Shown here: in pieces, positions 24,871-34,767 of the stretch
How positions within the stretch are numbered: position 1 is the first letter of the stretch
How the letters are laid out: every line of letters starts with the position of its first letter
Source of the DNA: Actinomycetota bacterium
GTDB taxonomy: Bacteria; Actinomycetota; Thermoleophilia; Gaiellales; Gaiellaceae
NCBI GenBank assembly: GCA_005883955.1
Contig: VAXH01000071.1
Location: forward strand, 11,401 to 75,400
Reading direction: 5' to 3'
DNA: 64,000 nucleotides
Notes under the pieces: model-generated
Seen by the model: the letters and a program-made list of their open reading frames with translations, nothing else
What the model was told of the DNA's origin: nothing
Database searches by the model: none
Made by a program: the position numbers and the translations under genes

Positions 24871-25952
24871 GAGACCGACTGCAGCGAGCGAGTCGCGGGG
24901 CCGACGTAGCGTGCGTTCGGGCGGAACAGCTTCCCCGTGCGCTTCTGCTCGAGGATGTGCGCCGACCACCCGGCGACGCGCGAGCACGCGAACATCGCCG
25001 GTGCCAGCGGCGGCGGGATCTCGGCGACGTCGAGGACGATCGCGGAGTAGTACTCGACATTGGTCGCCAGGACACGCTCGGGATGACGCTCCTGCAGCGC
25101 CTTGAGCGCGACTGTCTCCAGCTCTTCGGCGACCTCGACCTGCGGCGAGCCGAGCTCCTTCGCTGTCCGCTTGAGGATCCGCGAGCGCGGGTCTTCCGCT
25201 CGGTAGATGCGGTGCCCGAACCCCATGATCTTCTTGCCGGCGGCGAGCGTCTCCCTGACCCACCGCTCCGGATCGCCCATCGCCTGAACCTCTTCGAGCA
25301 TCGGCTTCACGTACGCGGGTGCGCCGCCGTGCAGCGGCCCCGACAACGCACCTACCGCCGACGAGAGCGAGGCTCCGCAGTCGGCCCCGGTCGAAGCAGT
25401 GACGCGTGCTGTGAACGTCGAGGCGTTCAGCCCGTGCTCTGCCGTACAGATCCAGTACGTGTCGATCGCCTTCACGTGGCGCGGGTCGGCTTCGCCACGC
25501 CAGCGCAACAGGAACTTCTCCGCCGCCGTCTCGCCGCGCTCGACGACCTCGTCGGAGGCTGGCTCGCGCCCGTCGGCAACCGCAGCGGAACGCGCGACGA
25601 TCCCCATCATCTGCGACGACAGCCGCCCCAGGTCCTCGCGCGCCTGTTCGTCGCTGATCTCGTTCAGCTTGCCGAGCTTCCACTCGCCGGCGAGGCGCGC
25701 CGTCTCGGCCTGGAGATCTGCTGGCGCGTTGCCGGTCAGCAGGGCGAGCTCAACCGGCTCCGGGTCCGGCATCTTCGAGTCGAGGTCGTCGTCGACGAGG
25801 AGGCCCCAGACGTTCTCGTACGGATACCGACCGACGAGCTCCTCGATGTCGATGCCGCGGTAGCGCAGCGCGCCACCTTCTCTGTCCGGCTCGGCGATCT
25901 CCGTCTCGACCGCCACGACGCCCTCGAGGCCGGGCTTGAAATCGTCCGCCAT
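24867..25952 (-). CDS. Citrate synthase (short, about 360-aa type)
   Basis: GLEGVVAVETEI, ALSGPLHGGA, MGFGHRIYRAEDPR, VEYYSAIV. Confidence 0.92.
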   Translation of the reverse strand: MADDFKPGLEGVVAVETEIAEPDREGGALRYRGIDIEELVGRYPYENVWGLLVDDDLDSKMPDPEPVELALLTGNAPADLQAETARLAGEWKLGKLNEISDEQAREDLGRLSSQMMGIVARSAAVADGREPASDEVVERGETAAEKFLLRWRGEADPRHVKAIDTYWICTAEHGLNASTFTARVTASTGADCGASLSSAVGALSGPLHGGAPAYVKPMLEEVQAMGDPERWVRETLAAGKKIMGFGHRIYRAEDPRSRILKRTAKELGSPQVEVAEELETVALKALQERHPERVLATNVEYYSAIVLDVAEIPPPLAPAMFACSRVAGWSAHILEQKRTGKLFRPNARYVGPATRSLQSVS

Positions 25953-26008
25953 CGGCCCGAAAACTACAGGGAACGGGCCGCGAGGCAGCTTGGGTAGGCT
26001 CCCCGACC

Positions 26009-27100
26009 GTGGCGCACGAAGTCACCCTGATCCCGGGCGACGGCACCGGCCCGGAGCTGGCCGAGGCGACCCGCCGGGTTCTCGAGGCGGCCGGCGTCGA
26101 GTTCGAGTGGGACGTCCAGCAGGCGGGTGCCGACGTGATGGACCAGTTCGGCGGCAATCCGCTGCCGGAGCAGACGCTCGACTCGATCCGGCGCACCGGA
26201 GTCGCGATCAAAGGCCCGATCACAACGCCGGTCGGCGGTGGCTTCCGCTCGGTCAACGTCGGCCTGCGGAAGGCCCTCGACCTCTACGCGCAGGTGCGGC
26301 CATGCAAGACCTACGAAGGCGTCCGTACGCGCTTCGACGACGTCGACCTCGTCATTGTCCGCGAGAACACGGAAGACCTCTATGCCGGGATCGAATACGA
26401 GCAGGGCAAACCCGAGACAATCGAGCTGATCGAGTGGATCGAGACCCAGGGCGGCACGTTGCGACATGGTGACGCCGGCATCTCGATCAAGCCGCTCTCG
26501 GTCTCGGGAACGCGCCGAGTCGTCCAGTTCGCGTTCGACTACGCCCGCCGGAACGGCCGCCGCAAGGTCACAGCCGTGCACAAGGCGAACATCATGAAGT
26601 TCACGGACGGCCTCTTCCTACAGGTCGCGCGCGAGGTCGCCGAGGAGAACGCGGACATCGAGTTCGACGACCGGATCGTGGACAACATGTGCATGCAGCT
26701 CGTCCAACGCCCGGACGAATACGACGTGCTCGTGCTGCCGAACCTCTACGGCGACATTCTCTCCGACCTCGCCGCCGGGATGATCGGCGGGCTCGGCATG
26801 GCACCGGGCGCGAACTTCGGCGCGGACGCCGCGATCTTCGAGCCGACGCACGGCTCGGCGCCTAAGTACGCCGGCCAGAACAAGGTCAACCCGATGGCGA
26901 TGCTGCTCTCGGGAATGCTGATGCTCCGCCATCTCGACGAGATCGACGCGGCCGAGCGGCTCGAGGGCGCAATCGCAGACGTGATCCGCGAAGGCGCAAG
27001 CGTCACGTATGACATGAAGCCCTCGCGCGACGACCCGACCGCAGTCGGCACGAGCGAGGTAGCGGACACGATCATCGACAAGATGGGGGCGCGGGTGTGA
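26009..27100 (+). CDS. icd: Isocitrate dehydrogenase (isocitrate/isopropylmalate dehydrogenase family, NAD-type size)
   Basis: IPGDGTGPE, VRENTEDLYAGIEY, family signature NLYGDILSDLAAGMIGGLGMAPGAN. GTG start. Confidence 0.88.
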   Translation: MAHEVTLIPGDGTGPELAEATRRVLEAAGVEFEWDVQQAGADVMDQFGGNPLPEQTLDSIRRTGVAIKGPITTPVGGGFRSVNVGLRKALDLYAQVRPCKTYEGVRTRFDDVDLVIVRENTEDLYAGIEYEQGKPETIELIEWIETQGGTLRHGDAGISIKPLSVSGTRRVVQFAFDYARRNGRRKVTAVHKANIMKFTDGLFLQVAREVAEENADIEFDDRIVDNMCMQLVQRPDEYDVLVLPNLYGDILSDLAAGMIGGLGMAPGANFGADAAIFEPTHGSAPKYAGQNKVNPMAMLLSGMLMLRHLDEIDAAERLEGAIADVIREGASVTYDMKPSRDDPTAVGTSEVADTIIDKMGARV

Positions 27101-27263
27101 AGCCCGCCCCCTCCTGCCCACCTCGCACTCGCCGCGGGGCTGCAACGCTCCGTCACGCGGCCTCCTCAGTCGCGCCCGTAGCCTCCGGCTACGAACGCTC
27201 CCTGCGTCCTCGCGAGACCGGCGTTTCGCACGCGGCGAGCACGATCTGGTCAGGAGGTGGCTC

Positions 27264-28193
27264 TTGAGCGAACGGCGGAAAGTCACGGTCGTGGGCGCCG
27301 GGGCCGTCGGCGCGACCTGCGCACAGGTGCTGGCGACGCGCGACTACGCCGACATCGTCCTCGTCGACATCAAGGAAGGGCTGCCTCAGGGCAAGGCGCT
27401 CGATATCAACCAGATGGGAGCGGTGCTCGGCTACGAGCCGAACGTCGTCGGCTCGAACGGCTACGAGGAGAGCGCCGAGTCCGACGTGGTCGTGATCACG
27501 GCGGGCGTGCCGCGAACCGGCGACATGAGCCGTGACGATCTTGTCTCCACGAACGAGAAGATCGTCGCGCAGGTGACCGAGGCGGCCGTCGTCCAGAGTC
27601 CCGAGGCGATCCTGATCATCGTCTCGAACCCGCTCGACGCGATGTGCCATGTCGCCAAGAACGTCAGCGGCTGGCCGAAGGAGCGCGTCTTCGGAATGGC
27701 CGGGATTCTCGACACGGCGCGCTTCTCGACCTTCATCGCGTGGGAGGCCGGGGCCTCTGTCAAGGACGTGACCGCAACTGTGCTCGGCGGCCACGGCGAC
27801 CAGATGGTGCCGGTCGTCTCGGCAACGACCATCGGAGGCGTCCCGCTGCGGAAGCTGGCAAGCGAGGACGCGATCCAGGCAATGGTCGAGCGCACGGCCA
27901 AGGGCGGCGGCGAGCTCGTGAAGCTGCTCGGCACCTCGGCCTGGTACGCGCCCGGAGCGGCCGCGGCGCAAATGGTCGACGCGATCATGCTCGACGAGAA
28001 GCGGGTGCTGCCCTGCACCGCGTATCTCGAGGGCGAGTACGGAATCGACGGGTTCTACATGGGCGTGCCGGTCAAGCTCGGGCGCGGCGGGATCGAAGAG
28101 GTGATCGAGCTCGAGCTCTCCGAGGACGAGCAGACGATGCTGAACGAGTCCGCCGACGCCGTCCGCGAGGTCGTCGGCGTGCTGACGACCTGA
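27264..28193 (+). CDS. mdh: Malate dehydrogenase (LDH-like family)
   Basis: TTG start after CAGGAGG. VTVVGAGAVGA, VVITAGVPR, LGGHGDQMVP. Confidence 0.92.
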   Translation: MSERRKVTVVGAGAVGATCAQVLATRDYADIVLVDIKEGLPQGKALDINQMGAVLGYEPNVVGSNGYEESAESDVVVITAGVPRTGDMSRDDLVSTNEKIVAQVTEAAVVQSPEAILIIVSNPLDAMCHVAKNVSGWPKERVFGMAGILDTARFSTFIAWEAGASVKDVTATVLGGHGDQMVPVVSATTIGGVPLRKLASEDAIQAMVERTAKGGGELVKLLGTSAWYAPGAAAAQMVDAIMLDEKRVLPCTAYLEGEYGIDGFYMGVPVKLGRGGIEEVIELELSEDEQTMLNESADAVREVVGVLTT

Positions 28194-28957
28194 ACGCCGA
28201 GCAACCGCTTGCCGGCCGCGGAGCGCTCGTCACCGGCGTCAGCCGGCGTGCGGGGATCGGATTCGCGGTCGCACGCCGCCTGGTCGAGCTGGGGGCCGAC
28301 GTCTTCGTCCACGGCTGGTCGCTCCACGACGCCGCGCAGCCGTGGGGTGCCGATTCCGAAGGAACCGCGGGCGCGGCGTCGGCGCTCGGGGTCGAGTTCG
28401 TCGAGGCTGACTTTGCCGATCCCGAAGCCCCGGGTCGAGTCGTCGAGGCCGCCTGCGCATCGCTTCCGCGCCTCGACGCGCTGATCGTCAATCACGCCCG
28501 GAGCGGCCACGGCCGACTCGAGGAGTTGACGGCCGACGAGATCGATGCATTCCTGCACGAGAACGTCCGTGCATCGCTGCTCCTCGTCAAGGAGTTCGCC
28601 GCCAGTCATGACGGCTCCGCCGGAGGACGCGTCGTCCTGCTGACCTCGGGGCAGCACCTGGCTCCGATGGCACGTGAGGTGGCGTACGCAGTCTCGAAAG
28701 GCGCGCTCCATCAGGCCACCAAGACCCTCGCGGACGAACTCGCGGACCGGGCAATCACGGTCAACGCCGTCAACCCCGGCCCGACCGACACCGGCTGGGG
28801 CCTTGGGGATCAGGACCCCACCGATGCCATGCCTTTCGGCCGGTGGGGCGATCCCGACGACGCAGCGCGCCTGATCGCCTGGCTTTGCACCGACGAAGCC
28901 CGCTGGCTGACAGGGCAGGTGATCGACTCCGAGGGTGGTTTCCGTCGCGGGCGTTAG
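28190..28957 (+). CDS. SDR family oxidoreductase (start codon unresolved)
   Basis: LAGRGALVTGVSRRAGIG (TGxxxGxG), YAVSKGAL (YxxxK), VNAVNPGPTDT. No ATG, GTG or TTG lies near the N-terminus. CTG 28190 overlaps the mdh TGA. Confidence 0.75.
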   Translation: MNAEQPLAGRGALVTGVSRRAGIGFAVARRLVELGADVFVHGWSLHDAAQPWGADSEGTAGAASALGVEFVEADFADPEAPGRVVEAACASLPRLDALIVNHARSGHGRLEELTADEIDAFLHENVRASLLLVKEFAASHDGSAGGRVVLLTSGQHLAPMAREVAYAVSKGALHQATKTLADELADRAITVNAVNPGPTDTGWGLGDQDPTDAMPFGRWGDPDDAARLIAWLCTDEARWLTGQVIDSEGGFRRGR

Positions 28958-28969
28958 GCTGCCCGACTG

Positions 28970-29713
28970 ATGGAGCTTGGCCTGAAAGGGCGGACGGCGA
29001 TCGTCTGCGGCGCCTCCTCCGGCATGGGGCTCGCGACGGCCGAGGCGCTGGCGCGCGAAGGCGCGAACGTCTCCATGTTCGCGCGCAGGCGGGACATTCT
29101 CGACCGCGAGGCCGAGCGGCTCGGCGCACTTGCGGTGCGTGGCGACGTCACGAACCCGGCCGACCTGAAACGGCTCGTCGACCGAACTGTTGCGGCCTTC
29201 GGCGGCATCGACATCCTCGTCAACAACAGCGGCGGGCCGCCTCGGGGCCCGGCGGTCGGGCTTACCGACGACGACGTCGAGCAAGCGGTCGAGCTGCTGC
29301 TGCTCTCGGTCATTCGCCTGACCGAGCTCTGTCTCCCACAGCTTGAGCGCAGCGGCCACGGTCGCATCGTCAACATCGAGTCGAGCTCGGTTCGTGAGCC
29401 CGTCGACAACCTCGCGCTCTCGAACTCGATCCGACCCGGCGTGATCGGCTGGGCGAAGACGATGGCCCGGGAGCTCGGCCCGCGGAAGATCACGGTCAAT
29501 TCGATCGCTCCCGGTCGGATCGAAACGGCGCGGTTGATGGAGGTTTATGCCGAACGCTCGCGCGCGTCCGACATGGAGCAGATTCCGCTGCGTCGTTTCG
29601 GCCGGCCCGAGGAGGTCGCCGACGTGATCTGCTTCCTCGCCTCCGACCGCGGCAGTTACATCACGGGCGCCGTGATCCCGGTCGACGGCGGGCTGACACG
29701 CTCCTTGCTCTGA
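28970..29713 (+). CDS. SDR family oxidoreductase (FabG-like)
   Basis: LKGRTAIVCGASSGMGLA, VNNSGGPP, NSIAPGRIET, ITGAVIPVDGG. Confidence 0.85.
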   Translation: MELGLKGRTAIVCGASSGMGLATAEALAREGANVSMFARRRDILDREAERLGALAVRGDVTNPADLKRLVDRTVAAFGGIDILVNNSGGPPRGPAVGLTDDDVEQAVELLLLSVIRLTELCLPQLERSGHGRIVNIESSSVREPVDNLALSNSIRPGVIGWAKTMARELGPRKITVNSIAPGRIETARLMEVYAERSRASDMEQIPLRRFGRPEEVADVICFLASDRGSYITGAVIPVDGGLTRSLL

Positions 29714-29854
29714 GGCGTCGCTCGATGCCGACTTCGAGCGGGGCGCCTTTGGCGCCGCGCCGGATAACCCGGTTCTTTGTGAGCCTCGGGACCGAGGAAG
29801 GGCGGCGGTGCTTTTGAACCGGTAAGCCCGAGGTTCGCAAGTACCATTTGGTCG

Positions 29855-30886
29855 ATGCGATCGCTAACGCTCGCCCGGGCGGCCGGCGCGGGCCTCCTCC
29901 TAGCTGTGATCGCGCTGAGCGTTCTCTACCTGGTCCCCTCGGACAAGTACTACGTCTTCTTGCCCGACCGCGCGCACCCGCTGGAGCCGCTCGTGCGCAT
30001 TGCCGGCGAACAGCCCGTGCCGCAGGAAGGGGGCGTCTACTTCGTCGACGTCCGCTTCCGCAAAGCCCACTTGCTCGAAGACCTGCTCGGCCGGCCGCTC
30101 GCGCGCGGCGCAACGCTCCTCCCCGCCCGCGCCGTGCTGGGCGACGCGACCCCCAAGCAGGCCCAGCACATCGACATCACACAAATGGAGAACTCGCAGA
30201 AGATCGCCGCCGCCGTTGCCCTCAAGCGCCTCGGCTACCACGTTTCGATCCGGCTCCCCGAGGTCGTCGTCCGCGGCGTCCTTCGCAAAGCGCCTGCGGA
30301 CCGGGTGCTTCGGCCGGGAGACAAGCTCTTGGCCGTCAACGGGCAGCAGGTGCACAGCCTGGGGCGCCTGCACATGCTGATCGCGAGCCGCCGGCCCGGC
30401 AAGTCGATCTCCATCACCTACAGCCACTCGGGACGAGTCGCAACGTCGACGATCCGGACAATCGCCAGCCCTGATGACAAGCGCCAGGCCGCGATCGGCA
30501 TCCTTGTCGACGAGATCGGCGGGTCGGTCGGCAAGCTCCCGATCAAGGTTCGCATCAACACGCAGGGCGTCGGCGGCCCCTCGGCCGGGCTCGCCTTCGC
30601 GCTCGACCTGATGGAGGAGCTCGGCCGCAACGTCGACCACGGTTACAAGGTCGCCGCGACCGGTGAGCTCGACCTCGACGGCTCGGTGCTACCGATCGGC
30701 GCCGCGAAGCAGAAAACGATCGGCGCGCGCGAGGCGGGTGTGGACGTTTTCCTCGTGCCGGCCGGGTCGAACACGCGGGTCGCGCGCAAATATGCGCAGG
30801 GCCTCCGAATCATCCCTGTGCAGAGCTTTCCACAGGCGTTGCATGCCCTGGCAACGCTGCCCGCGAAGCACCCTGGTAAGGCCTGA
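29855..30886 (+). CDS. PDZ domain-containing Lon-like serine protease (YlbL/SdrC type)
   Basis: N-terminal TM, a PDZ segment (LRPGDKLLAVNGQQV) and a Lon C-terminal proteolytic domain (GVGGPSAGLAFALDL...ATGELDLDGSVLPIGAAKQK). Confidence 0.85.
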   Translation: MRSLTLARAAGAGLLLAVIALSVLYLVPSDKYYVFLPDRAHPLEPLVRIAGEQPVPQEGGVYFVDVRFRKAHLLEDLLGRPLARGATLLPARAVLGDATPKQAQHIDITQMENSQKIAAAVALKRLGYHVSIRLPEVVVRGVLRKAPADRVLRPGDKLLAVNGQQVHSLGRLHMLIASRRPGKSISITYSHSGRVATSTIRTIASPDDKRQAAIGILVDEIGGSVGKLPIKVRINTQGVGGPSAGLAFALDLMEELGRNVDHGYKVAATGELDLDGSVLPIGAAKQKTIGAREAGVDVFLVPAGSNTRVARKYAQGLRIIPVQSFPQALHALATLPAKHPGKA

Positions 30887-31009
30887 CTGCCCCTCTTGCG
30901 AAAGCCGCGCAAAGTGCGCGAAGTTCCAAAATCCCGTCCTTGATCTGCGAGGCAATCGCTCTATGATCCCCTCCGTTCGGGAGCGCGGCAATTCTTAGCA
31001 AGGAGACAC

Positions 31010-31195
31010 ATGGGCAAGGCGACTAAAGCAACCTGCGACGACTGCTATTTCCGCCGCGCGGGTCTTTGCGCCCTCTCACCCGAAACTCCGTGCCCGACCT
31101 TCCGGGCTGAAAGCCGCGGCGCGTTGATGCGACCGCGCCAGCCGCAGCTCGTGCCCCGGCCGCTCGCCGCAATGGCCGGCCGGGCCGCCGCCTAG
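31010..31195 (+). CDS. Small Cys-rich protein (hypothetical, zinc-ribbon-like)
   Basis: ATG follows AAGGAG. The 61-aa product has CDDCYFRRAGLCALSPETPCPTF (CxxC...C...C). Confidence 0.45.
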   Translation: MGKATKATCDDCYFRRAGLCALSPETPCPTFRAESRGALMRPRQPQLVPRPLAAMAGRAAA

Positions 31196-31230
31196 ATCGA
31201 CCACAGGTGACTGCTTAGACTTCGCGGCGA

Positions 31231-31488
31231 ATGCCGCGCTTTCGTAAGCCCAGCGAGGAGCAGATCCGGGAGTGGCAGCCGCGTTTCTGGGCGAAGCTGA
31301 TCGGTCTAGTGGTGATCGCCGCCTACGTGATCGCATTCATCATCGAGAACCACAAGAACGTGCACCTGCACTTCGTGCTCTTCACGGCGAAGGTCTCCCA
31401 GATCTGGCTGATCCTGCTCAGCCTCGTGATCGGGGCGCTCGGCGGAGCGCTGTTAAGGCAGCTTCACCGCCGCCACAGCCGGCACTAG
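31231..31488 (+). CDS. LapA-domain (DUF1049-like) small membrane protein
   Basis: 85 aa with two TM helices: IGLVVIAAYVIAFIIEN and QIWLILLSLVIGALGGALL. Confidence 0.6.
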   Translation: MPRFRKPSEEQIREWQPRFWAKLIGLVVIAAYVIAFIIENHKNVHLHFVLFTAKVSQIWLILLSLVIGALGGALLRQLHRRHSRH

Positions 31489-32466
31489 CCTGGCGAGACG
31501 CGAGACGCCCTCGCCAATCTCGGAAGGCGCCGCGAAGCTGAAGGCAAGCCGAGCCGAGCTCTGCTCGCCGCCGAAGTCCGAGCCTGGAACGAAAGTGACC
31601 CCTGCAGCGGTCGCCCGGCCGAGCAGCTCGGTGGCGTCGGTGCCCTCGGGCAGCTCCAGCCAGAGGAAGTAACCGCCCTCGGGCCGCGACCAGCGAGCCT
31701 GCCCGCGGAGCTCACGCTCGAGGGCCTCGAGCATCGCATCGCGCCGGTCGCGCAAGAGCCCGCGGACGCGCTCGAGATTCGGCTCCAGCAAGCCGCGGCG
31801 GAGAAACTCGAGCACGGTGGCTTGGGTGACGAGCGCCGGCGAGATGTAGGTCGAAGCGACAAGGTCTTCGAGTCCGGCGGCGATTTCCTCGGGGAGGACC
31901 ACGTAGCCGACGCGCAGACCGGGGGCGATCGTTTTCGAGAACGACGAGCTGTACATCACGTTCCGCCCGCCCTCGAGCTCGAACAGGGTCGGGAGCGGCT
32001 CACCCTCGAACCGAACGAGCCCGTAGGGATCGTCCTCGAGAATCCGCAACGCCCGAACGTCCGCCAGCTCTGCCAGGCGCCGGCGGCGCTCCTCCGACAA
32101 CGTGACTCCGGCCGGGTTTTGGAAAGTGGGAATCGTGTAGAGGAAGGCCGGAGGGCTGTCGCGGTCGAGCAGGCGCTCGAGCTCGTCGACGTCGAGCCCG
32201 TCGTCGTCGAGTGGGACCTCGTCGAAGCCGTTCAGGATCTTCCGCGGCCGGTCGTAGGTTGATCCGTTCGTGACGACGACGCGGGCCGGATCGACGCCGT
32301 GCCGCTCGCCGATCCACTCGCGTAGCGGCTGGTAACCCAGCGTGTGCCCGTAGAGCAGCGCTGCCGCGCCGTCCCGCTCGATCGCGGTCTTGGCGCAGTC
32401 GGCTAGCTCCTCGATCGGGAGGAGTTCGGGGGCGGGCACGCCGCGGGCGAACGAGATCGTCTCCAT
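31453..32466 (-). CDS. PLP-dependent aminotransferase, class I/II (apparent about 23-aa internal gap)
   Basis: FARGVPAPELLP, YTIPTFQNPAG, SSSFSKTIAPGLRVGY (PLP-Lys). VVVTNGS-TYDRPR lacks the usual QQALDL...GD.V.VE.P segment. The gene overlaps the LapA-like gene by 36 nt (convergent). Confidence 0.75.
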   Translation of the reverse strand: METISFARGVPAPELLPIEELADCAKTAIERDGAAALLYGHTLGYQPLREWIGERHGVDPARVVVTNGSTYDRPRKILNGFDEVPLDDDGLDVDELERLLDRDSPPAFLYTIPTFQNPAGVTLSEERRRRLAELADVRALRILEDDPYGLVRFEGEPLPTLFELEGGRNVMYSSSFSKTIAPGLRVGYVVLPEEIAAGLEDLVASTYISPALVTQATVLEFLRRGLLEPNLERVRGLLRDRRDAMLEALERELRGQARWSRPEGGYFLWLELPEGTDATELLGRATAAGVTFVPGSDFGGEQSSARLAFSFAAPSEIGEGVSRLARLVPAVAAVKLP

Positions 32467-32489
32467 CTCCTCCGAGTGTACGAGCCCGA

Positions 32490-33734
32490 CTAGACGGTCG
32501 CGGAGACAGGTTCCGGCTCGTCGGGGCCGCGGCCGAGGGCGATCCGGATCGCAGCCGCTCCGGTCCCCGCGGCGACCAGGGACAGGGCGGCCTGCAAGAT
32601 CCAGACCGCAGAATCCCCGAAGCTCTTCCTGACCTGCAAGCCGATGAACGGTGCGAGCGCGAAGCCGATCGCTCCCATCGACCCAAATGCGCCCATGTAC
32701 GCCCCGCGAAGATCCAGGGGCGCGAGCCCGGCGACCGCCGTCTGCGAGGTCGGCACCCAGAGCATCTCGCCGATCACGAACAAAAACAGGATCAACATCA
32801 CCAGGGGCAACGCGTCGTTCACGGAGAGCAGTAGGAACGGCAGTCCCATCAGCGGGAGCCCGACCGCGAGCTTGACCGCGCCCGGCACGGCCGCGACGCG
32901 CTCGGTGAGTCGCAGCTGGAAGAAGGTGACGAGGAACGGGTTGAGGACGACGAGAAAGCCCCAGGTCGAGCTCGAGTAGCCGTGCGACTCGACCAGCGAG
33001 ATCGGCAGCACTGTCTCGAACGCGACGTAGACGAGCCAGGCAAACGCCGCCGAGACGAGGAAGAGCAGGAACGGCCGGTCGCGCGCGATGACGGCGAACG
33101 AGCCGCGCCCCGGCGGTTCCTCCGGCGCGTAGGCGCCCCGAGCCGGCAGGAAGAGGACCGCGAGTGCGAAGCCGACCGCCGAGAAGGCCGCGGCGCCGAG
33201 GAAAAGCGCGTTCCAGCTACCGAGCAGGAGCAGCAAGCCGCCGAGCGGCGGCCCGAAGGTGACCCCGAGATTCGAGGCGACCCGGACGGCTGCGTACGCC
33301 GGCTCGTGCCGATCGCGGGGAACGAGATCGGCCACGAGCGCCTGTCCGGCGGCGTTGCCGATCTGGAAGAACAGGCCGCCGAAGCAGAGCACGAGCAGGC
33401 CCGTCGTGGCGCTGCTGCCGGCCGCGACGAAGCCCAGCACGACCGCCGTCTGCCCGATCCAGCCGATGAAGATCAGGGGCCGTCGGCCGAAGTGATCGGA
33501 GAGGTGGCCGCCCAGGTAGCCCGAGCCGACCCCGATCAGCGCGCTAACGAGGTAGGCGAGTCCGAGTACGGATTGATCCGCACCGAGCTTCTTGATCGCC
33601 CAGATTCCGACGAAGCTCCACACGGTCGAGCCGGCGAGCGACCCGGCAAAGTTGATCCCCAGAATCGGCCGGAGCGCCGGATCTGTGTCCGAGCCGAAGA
33701 TGACGCGGTAGAGAGCTGCCAGCGGGCGCACCAC
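32490..33734 (-). CDS. MFS transporter (12-TMS type)
   Basis: HLSDHFGRRPLIF (motif A) and multiple TM helices. A GTG start near 33731-33734 is preferred over the ATG at 33809. Confidence 0.8.
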   Translation of the reverse strand: MVRPLAALYRVIFGSDTDPALRPILGINFAGSLAGSTVWSFVGIWAIKKLGADQSVLGLAYLVSALIGVGSGYLGGHLSDHFGRRPLIFIGWIGQTAVVLGFVAAGSSATTGLLVLCFGGLFFQIGNAAGQALVADLVPRDRHEPAYAAVRVASNLGVTFGPPLGGLLLLLGSWNALFLGAAAFSAVGFALAVLFLPARGAYAPEEPPGRGSFAVIARDRPFLLFLVSAAFAWLVYVAFETVLPISLVESHGYSSSTWGFLVVLNPFLVTFFQLRLTERVAAVPGAVKLAVGLPLMGLPFLLLSVNDALPLVMLILFLFVIGEMLWVPTSQTAVAGLAPLDLRGAYMGAFGSMGAIGFALAPFIGLQVRKSFGDSAVWILQAALSLVAAGTGAAAIRIALGRGPDEPEPVSATV

Positions 33735-33885
33735 CCCAGACTGCCAGACACGAAGCTCGTGGATGGAGTGGCGGATAGGTCGACAAGCGGACACTGCCGC
33801 CACCGCCACCTCCGCCGCCTCAGCCGCCCTCCAGCCGGCCCTCGGCCGGCAACGCCAGCACCAACTACGGCTCTTGAAAGATCCG

Positions 33886-34767
33886 CTAGGCGCGAACGGC
33901 GCCGGCGACCTCGGCCGCGAGCTCGGCGGCTTCCGTCGGCGTCGTCCCGACGCGGACGCCGTGCGCTTCGAGCGCTTCCTTCTTGCCCTCGGCGGTGCCG
34001 GCCGCCCCGGAGATGATCGCGCCGGCGTGGCCCATCGTCTTTCCCGGCGGCGCCGAGAAGCCGGCGATGTAACCGACGACCGGCTTCGTCATCTCGGCGC
34101 CGATGAACTCGGCGGCTTTCTCCTCCTCCGCGCCGCCGATCTCGCCGACCATGACCACGACCTCGGTCTCGTCGTCGGCCTCGAATCTGGCAAGCACGTC
34201 GATGAAGGACGACCCGACCACAGGGTCGCCGCCGATGCCGACGATGGTCGAGTTGCCAAGCCCGAGCTGGGTCAGCTCGTGGCCGATCTGGTAGGTCAGC
34301 GTGCCCGAGCGCGAGACGAGACCGATCCGCCCTTCGCGGAAGATCTCCGCCGGAATGATCCCGACGTTCGCCTTCCCCGGCGAGAGCGCGCCGGGGCAGT
34401 TCGGCCCCAGCATCGTGATCCCGCGCGGCTTGACGTAGTTGAAGATTCGCAGCATCTCGTGGGCCGGCAGCCCCTCCGCGATGCAGATGACGGTCTCGAT
34501 GCCCGCGTCGACGCCCTCGTAGATCGCGTCGGCGGCGAAGCGCGCTGGAACGAAGACCATCGACGTGTTCGCGCCGGTCTCGTCGACCGCCTCGGCGACG
34601 GTGTCGAAGATCGGGATTCCGTCGAGATCCTGGCCGCCCTTGCCGGGCGTGACGCCGGCGACGACGTCCGTGCCGTAGTCCCGGTTCCGCAGCGTGTGGA
34701 AGGAGCCTTCGCGGCCGGTTGCGCCCTGGACGACGAGCTTCGTCTCATTGCCGACGATGATCGCCAT
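33886..34767 (-). CDS. sucD: Succinate--CoA ligase subunit alpha
   Basis: [42 protein letters not shown] (catalytic His). The ATG at 34767 gives an ATGA overlap with the upstream methyltransferase gene. Confidence 0.95.
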   Translation of the reverse strand: MAIIVGNETKLVVQGATGREGSFHTLRNRDYGTDVVAGVTPGKGGQDLDGIPIFDTVAEAVDETGANTSMVFVPARFAADAIYEGVDAGIETVICIAEGLPAHEMLRIFNYVKPRGITMLGPNCPGALSPGKANVGIIPAEIFREGRIGLVSRSGTLTYQIGHELTQLGLGNSTIVGIGGDPVVGSSFIDVLARFEADDETEVVVMVGEIGGAEEEKAAEFIGAEMTKPVVGYIAGFSAPPGKTMGHAGAIISGAAGTAEGKKEALEAHGVRVGTTPTEAAELAAEVAGAVRA

